In this document: one piece after another, positions 59,769 to 64,000 of the stretch | How the letters are laid out: each line of letters opens with the position of its first letter | Position numbering within the stretch: the first letter of the stretch is position 1 | Assembly: GCA_964550455.1 (NCBI GenBank) | Contig: CAZJZG010000013.1 | Coordinates: forward strand, 5,508-69,507 | DNA from: an uncultured Bacteroidales bacterium | Lineage (GTDB): Bacteria > Bacteroidota > Bacteroidia > Bacteroidales > JAAYJT01 | DNA length: 64,000 nt | Reading direction: 5' to 3' | Made by a program: the position numbers and the translations under genes | Notes under the pieces: model-generated | The model's input: the letters and a program-made list of their open reading frames with translations, nothing else | Database searches by the model: none | Told to the model about the DNA's origin: nothing

Positions 59769-60325
59769 ACAATTATAGCTGGAGGATCATCCTTTTTTTC
59801 TTCCTTTTTCTCCTCTTTTTTCTCTGGTTTTACTTCAGGCATCCAATCTTTAACAAGAGGCCAGATACCCGGAATTACCTTTGACAAAGGATTATAAAGG
59901 TATGATTTGTTTCGCATTTCACCGGTTATCAATTTACCTTTTGTATCAATACTGTTTAATACAAAAACAATGATGCCAAGAAAAAGAGCAACACGTAAAA
60001 GGCCAAACATCATTCCGAACAAACGATTAATTATTCCCAATTCAGCCATTTTTACCAATTTGTCCAACAAGTTCCCAAGTATCTGTATTACTACAACTAC
60101 AATAACAAATGTTAAAACAAAAGAAATAATACTCATATAGGAATTGTCGAAACCAATATCGTTGCGAAGCCAGTCGGCAACCATATCTGAAAAATGAATT
60201 GAGATCCAGATACCGGCAAATAAAGCTATTAGAGAAGTTAACGACAGAATGAGTCCCTTTGAAAAACCTTTATAGGCAAACCACACAACAGGGATCAGTA
60301 AAACAATATCTATAACGCTCATCAC
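59765..60325 (-). CDS. cvpA: CvpA-family membrane protein
   Basis: [25 protein letters not shown].., four TM segments and a Lys/Glu-rich tail. Confidence 0.8.
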   Translation of the reverse strand: MMSVIDIVLLIPVVWFAYKGFSKGLILSLTSLIALFAGIWISIHFSDMVADWLRNDIGFDNSYMSIISFVLTFVIVVVVIQILGNLLDKLVKMAELGIINRLFGMMFGLLRVALFLGIIVFVLNSIDTKGKLITGEMRNKSYLYNPLSKVIPGIWPLVKDWMPEVKPEKKEEKKEEKKDDPPAIIV

Positions 60326-60331
60326 ATTATT

Positions 60332-61078
60332 TTAATGCTTCAGTTGTTTTGCCAACTGTGAAGCAAAAACAAAATTATTAAGTTCCTTGGTATCGCTGTT
60401 GAATATATCTTCGCGCGAGCCTTCCCACCACAATCTTCCCTGGTATAAAAAACATACTTTATCGCCAATTTCCATTACCGAATTCATATCGTGAGTATTA
60501 ACTACTGTAGTTATCTTATACTCTCTGGTGATCTCGCTTATTAATTTATCAATTACATTTGAGGTTACAGGATCCAGACCAGAATTAGGTTCGTCGCAAA
60601 ACAAATATTTAGGATTAATTGAAATTGCTCTTGCAATAGCTACTCGTTTTTTCATTCCCCCACTAAGTTCTGAAGGATATAATTTATTGACATTTTCAAG
60701 GTTCACCCTTTGCAGGCAAAAGTTTGCACGTTCAAGTTTTTCATCCCGCGAAAGCTTAGTGAACATCGAAAGCGGGAATATCACATTTTCTTCAACAGTC
60801 ATTGAGTCAAACAGGGCACTACCCTGGAACAACATACCTATTTCGCGCCGGATTTCACCAATTACCTGTGGTGCTGATTCAGAAAAAGGTCTTCCGTCAT
60901 ATTCAATTGTACCATTATCAGGTTTAATTAAGCCTACAAGGCATTTCATCAATACTGTCTTTCCTGAACCGCTGGTACCTATTATCAGGTTGGTTTTTCC
61001 GCGTTCAAACCTTACTGAAACATCATCAAGCACCTGATGCTCACCAAATCGTTTTGATAAATGCTCGGCCACTATCAT
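60332..61078 (-). CDS. ABC transporter ATP-binding protein (MlaF-like)
   Basis: GTSGSGKTV Walker A, LSGGMKKRVAIARA signature, LFCDEPNSGLD Walker B. Confidence 0.85.
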   Translation of the reverse strand: MIVAEHLSKRFGEHQVLDDVSVRFERGKTNLIIGTSGSGKTVLMKCLVGLIKPDNGTIEYDGRPFSESAPQVIGEIRREIGMLFQGSALFDSMTVEENVIFPLSMFTKLSRDEKLERANFCLQRVNLENVNKLYPSELSGGMKKRVAIARAISINPKYLFCDEPNSGLDPVTSNVIDKLISEITREYKITTVVNTHDMNSVMEIGDKVCFLYQGRLWWEGSREDIFNSDTKELNNFVFASQLAKQLKH

Positions 61079-61815
61079 GTTAAGAACAATTGAGTTAAAA
61101 TCAGATTAAAAACAATTATCATGATACTGCTCATAACTACACCTTTGGTACTTGCAGTGCCAACCTCAAGTGCGCCACCTTTTGTATAAAACCCATAATA
61201 TCCTGAAATTGATGCAATAAGAAAAGCAAATACCGCTGTCTTTATCAAAGCATAAAAAATATTGAACGGAACAAAGAACGACTGGATACCAAGAACAAAT
61301 ATGTGTGTAGGCACAAGTCCCGTTGTAATACCTGCCAGCCAGGCACCAAGAACAGCCAGGAACATACTTATTACAATAAGTACCGGGTTAATGAGTACTG
61401 ATGCCACAATTTTGGGGAAAATCAGGAAAGCTGCTGGGTTAATACCCATAATTTCGAGAGCATCAATTTGTTCGGTAATGCGCATGGTTCCAATTTCGGA
61501 AGCAATAAGAGAACCAACCTTACCGGCAAGGATAAGACTGATAATAGTTGGCGAAAATTCAAGTACAACTGATTCGCGCACAGCATAACCTATAGTATAG
61601 AGAGGTACAAGCGGGTGATCAATATTGAATGCAAGCTGTATGCAAAGTACAGCTCCCATAAATATTGAAATGATCATCACAATGCCAAGAGAATCCAACC
61701 CGAGGCGATCCATTTCGAGAATGATCCTCTTCAGGTAAATCTTTTTATTTTCAGGTGGTTTGAATACCTGTTTTAATAATAGCAGATATTGTCCAAGGCT
61801 GTATAGTGCTTTCAT
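61075..61815 (-). CDS. MlaE-family ABC transporter permease
   Basis: 246-aa multi-TM protein. GSLIASEIGTMRITEQIDALEIMGINP is a typical MlaE motif. ATGA overlap with the ATPase gene. Confidence 0.85.
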   Translation of the reverse strand: MKALYSLGQYLLLLKQVFKPPENKKIYLKRIILEMDRLGLDSLGIVMIISIFMGAVLCIQLAFNIDHPLVPLYTIGYAVRESVVLEFSPTIISLILAGKVGSLIASEIGTMRITEQIDALEIMGINPAAFLIFPKIVASVLINPVLIVISMFLAVLGAWLAGITTGLVPTHIFVLGIQSFFVPFNIFYALIKTAVFAFLIASISGYYGFYTKGGALEVGTASTKGVVMSSIMIIVFNLILTQLFLT

Positions 61816-62088
61816 TACCTGTGAAAAATAATCGGCTAAGATAAATATAATCCTCTAAAATCTGTTAATTCAACAGTATAATAAATTGAAAAATCAGATA
61901 AAAATTCTTGTGGCATAAATCCATGCCCATTAATATTTATCCGGATTTTCAGTAATTCCATCTGTTTTATTATCCGGTATAAAAATATCCTTTATTATTA
62001 TCCGTTTGCTCTATAATACAAACAATAAAAAAGGACTTCGCCTTTCAATTACAAACATCTCAAATTCAAGTAATTAAATCACAATACA

Positions 62089-62295
62089 ATGAAAATTCAA
62101 AAATTGCCAGTTCTTATCCTTATTCTCATGCTTGCCTTTTTGTTTAGCTCCTGCTCTACCTCACGTAAAAGCAGTAAAAGCCAGAAAAGATATCACCAGA
62201 GATGTGACTGTTCAAGATTCAGCGAATTAGGAAGCAATGAAGTAATCACTATTGACTGGGTAGCATATCATGAAGGACAAACAAATTCTGAGTAA
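62089..62295 (+). CDS. Possible small basic lipoprotein
   Basis: MKIQKLPVLILILMLAFLFSSCS lipobox; 68 aa. Overlaps the next gene by 26 nt. Confidence 0.4.
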   Translation: MKIQKLPVLILILMLAFLFSSCSTSRKSSKSQKRYHQRCDCSRFSELGSNEVITIDWVAYHEGQTNSE

Positions 62296-62881
62296 GTATC
62301 TACCTCCGTCAGTTGTAGATAAAATCCTGTTAATTCTTACTGAAAATAAAGCCATTTTACGTATAAGCAGGACGCGGGCAAGCAAGCTCGGAGATTATCG
62401 TCCTCCCGCTAATGGTCAGCCACATCGCATTTCGGTTAACCATGACTTGAATCCCTACGAATTTCTAATAACTCTGATTCATGAGATCGCTCATATGAAA
62501 TGCTGGCAACAATACGGAAAAAAAGCAAAACCACACGGACAGGAATGGAATATGTTGTTCAAGAAATTGTTGAATGATTTCAATAAACCCGGATTATTTC
62601 CTGAGAATATAAGTGAAGCAATAAATTTTTATACCCGACCTAATACAACCTTGCAACAAGGTCAAGATGCTCTGAAAAATGCTCTTAAATCCTTTGAACC
62701 TGATACTGATCAGCTTACCGTAGAAGGCATTCCTAATGGGGAAACATTTGTTTACAGAAATCAGGTATTCGAAAAAATAGAAATGGCCAGGAAAAGAATT
62801 AAGTGTAGACGGCTAAAAGATAATCGCTTGTACGCTTTCGATCCCTTAGTAGGGGTATTGCCTTACAGAATAAAAAGATAA
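62270..62881 (+). CDS. SprT-like zinc metalloprotease-domain protein
   Basis: TLIHEIAHMKCW ... PHGQEW (HExxH plus downstream H). Confidence 0.75.
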   Translation: MKDKQILSKYLPPSVVDKILLILTENKAILRISRTRASKLGDYRPPANGQPHRISVNHDLNPYEFLITLIHEIAHMKCWQQYGKKAKPHGQEWNMLFKKLLNDFNKPGLFPENISEAINFYTRPNTTLQQGQDALKNALKSFEPDTDQLTVEGIPNGETFVYRNQVFEKIEMARKRIKCRRLKDNRLYAFDPLVGVLPYRIKR

Positions 62882-62965
62882 ATTACTCAAGAATTTCCAA
62901 CTGCAAATTGAATTTTCATTTATATTTGGCAAAACAAATATCCATAAACAAATAATATACTCTAT

Positions 62966-64000
62966 CATGAATAAAAACAACTATTGCATAATAATGGCTG
63001 GTGGTGTTGGAGCACGTTTCTGGCCTATGAGCAAAACAGCCCGACCCAAACAATTCATTGATATCCTTGGTACAGGCCAAACATTGATACAAACCACTTT
63101 TGACAGGTTCAGAAACATTTGTCCAACAGAAAACATATATGTAGTTACCAGTGAAATATATTTAGATTACGTAAAAAACCAGCTTCCTGAAATTGCTGAC
63201 GAACAGATACTTGGTGAGCCAATGCGAAGGAATACAGCACCATGTATAGCCTATGCCAGCTACAAGATCTTCAAAAAAAATCCTGATGCTAACATAGTTG
63301 TAGCCCCATCAGATCATATTATCTCGAAAATAAATAATTTCACTGATGTCATACTTACCGCACTTGATGCAAGTGCAAAAAATGACTGGCTGCTTACGCT
63401 TGGAATACAACCTACCCGGCCTGATACCGGATATGGTTACATTCAGTTTGAAGAGGACTCTACTAATAACAATCGTATTTCGAAAGTAAAAACATTTACT
63501 GAGAAACCACAATATGATCTGGCCGTATCATTTCTGAAAAGCGGTGATTTCCTCTGGAATTCCGGTATTTTTATCTGGAAGCTGAAAATTATTATGAAAG
63601 CAATTGAACAATATTTACCTGAAGTTGATGAAATTTTCAGGGAAGGCCTTGATTTTTACGATACCCCAAAGGAAAACTATTTTATTTCGAGGGCATACCC
63701 TGTAGTAAAGAATATTTCAATTGACTATGGGGTTATGGAAAAAGCTGATAATGTATATGTTATCTCTGCTGATCTGGGTTGGTCAGATTTAGGAACATGG
63801 GGTTCATTATACGAGAATCTGCCTAAGGATGGATCGGGGAATTCTATTATCGGAAACAATGTAATGAGTTATGAGCTTAAAAACTGTATTGTAAATATGC
63901 CCAAAGACAAACTTGTTGTATTACATGGGCTTGAAGATTATATTGTTGTTGAATCTGATAATATTCTTTTGGTTTGTCACAAAAAAGATGAGCAGGAAAT
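62966..64000 (+). CDS. Mannose-1-phosphate guanylyltransferase, 3'-truncated by the window end
   Basis: ATG at 62966: MNKNNYCIIMAGGVGARFWPMSKTARPKQF... The frame stays open to 64000. Absent from the ORF track because it is truncated. Confidence 0.85.

Overview
AT-rich chromosomal segment that looks like Bacteroidota. Supporting signs are T9SS C-terminal sorting domains, BACON repeats, TAnnTTTG-type -7 boxes, an LptE/sigma-54 activator/SecG neighbourhood and a mevalonate-pathway cluster. Most of the window is ordinary housekeeping: groES-groEL, gap, serS, rplU-rpmA, rsmA, prfB, recX, three tRNAs, MlaEF-like ABC genes and manA/manC. Three parts stand out. (1) A ~6.2-kb integrated element at 52422-58665 is bounded by a perfect 20-bp direct repeat and sits 13 bp upstream of prfB. 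It carries a tyrosine integrase, an excisionase-like HTH, a DUF3987 P-loop protein, a phased array of 11 TGGCA iterons around an A-rich spacer, a Zn-ribbon primase-like protein, two small coupled ORFs and a duplicated hairpin module with a compensatory stem change. I see no capsid, conjugation or relaxase genes, so I read it as a phage-satellite-like or minimal NBU-like island. It is the best candidate for something undescribed here. (2) A 1748-aa T9SS-secreted protein has about 14 BACON domains and both a cohesin-like and a dockerin-like module. It contains 2.85 identical 801-bp tandem repeats and lies next to a second cohesin-like gene. (3) An NtrC-type sigma-54 activator paralogue has its receiver Asp, Walker B, GAFTGA and arginine-rich segment all degenerate. 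prfB carries the classical +1 programmed frameshift (AGGAGG..CTT TGA C), which the ORF track misses. All function calls rest on motifs I recognised by eye; no database search was possible.
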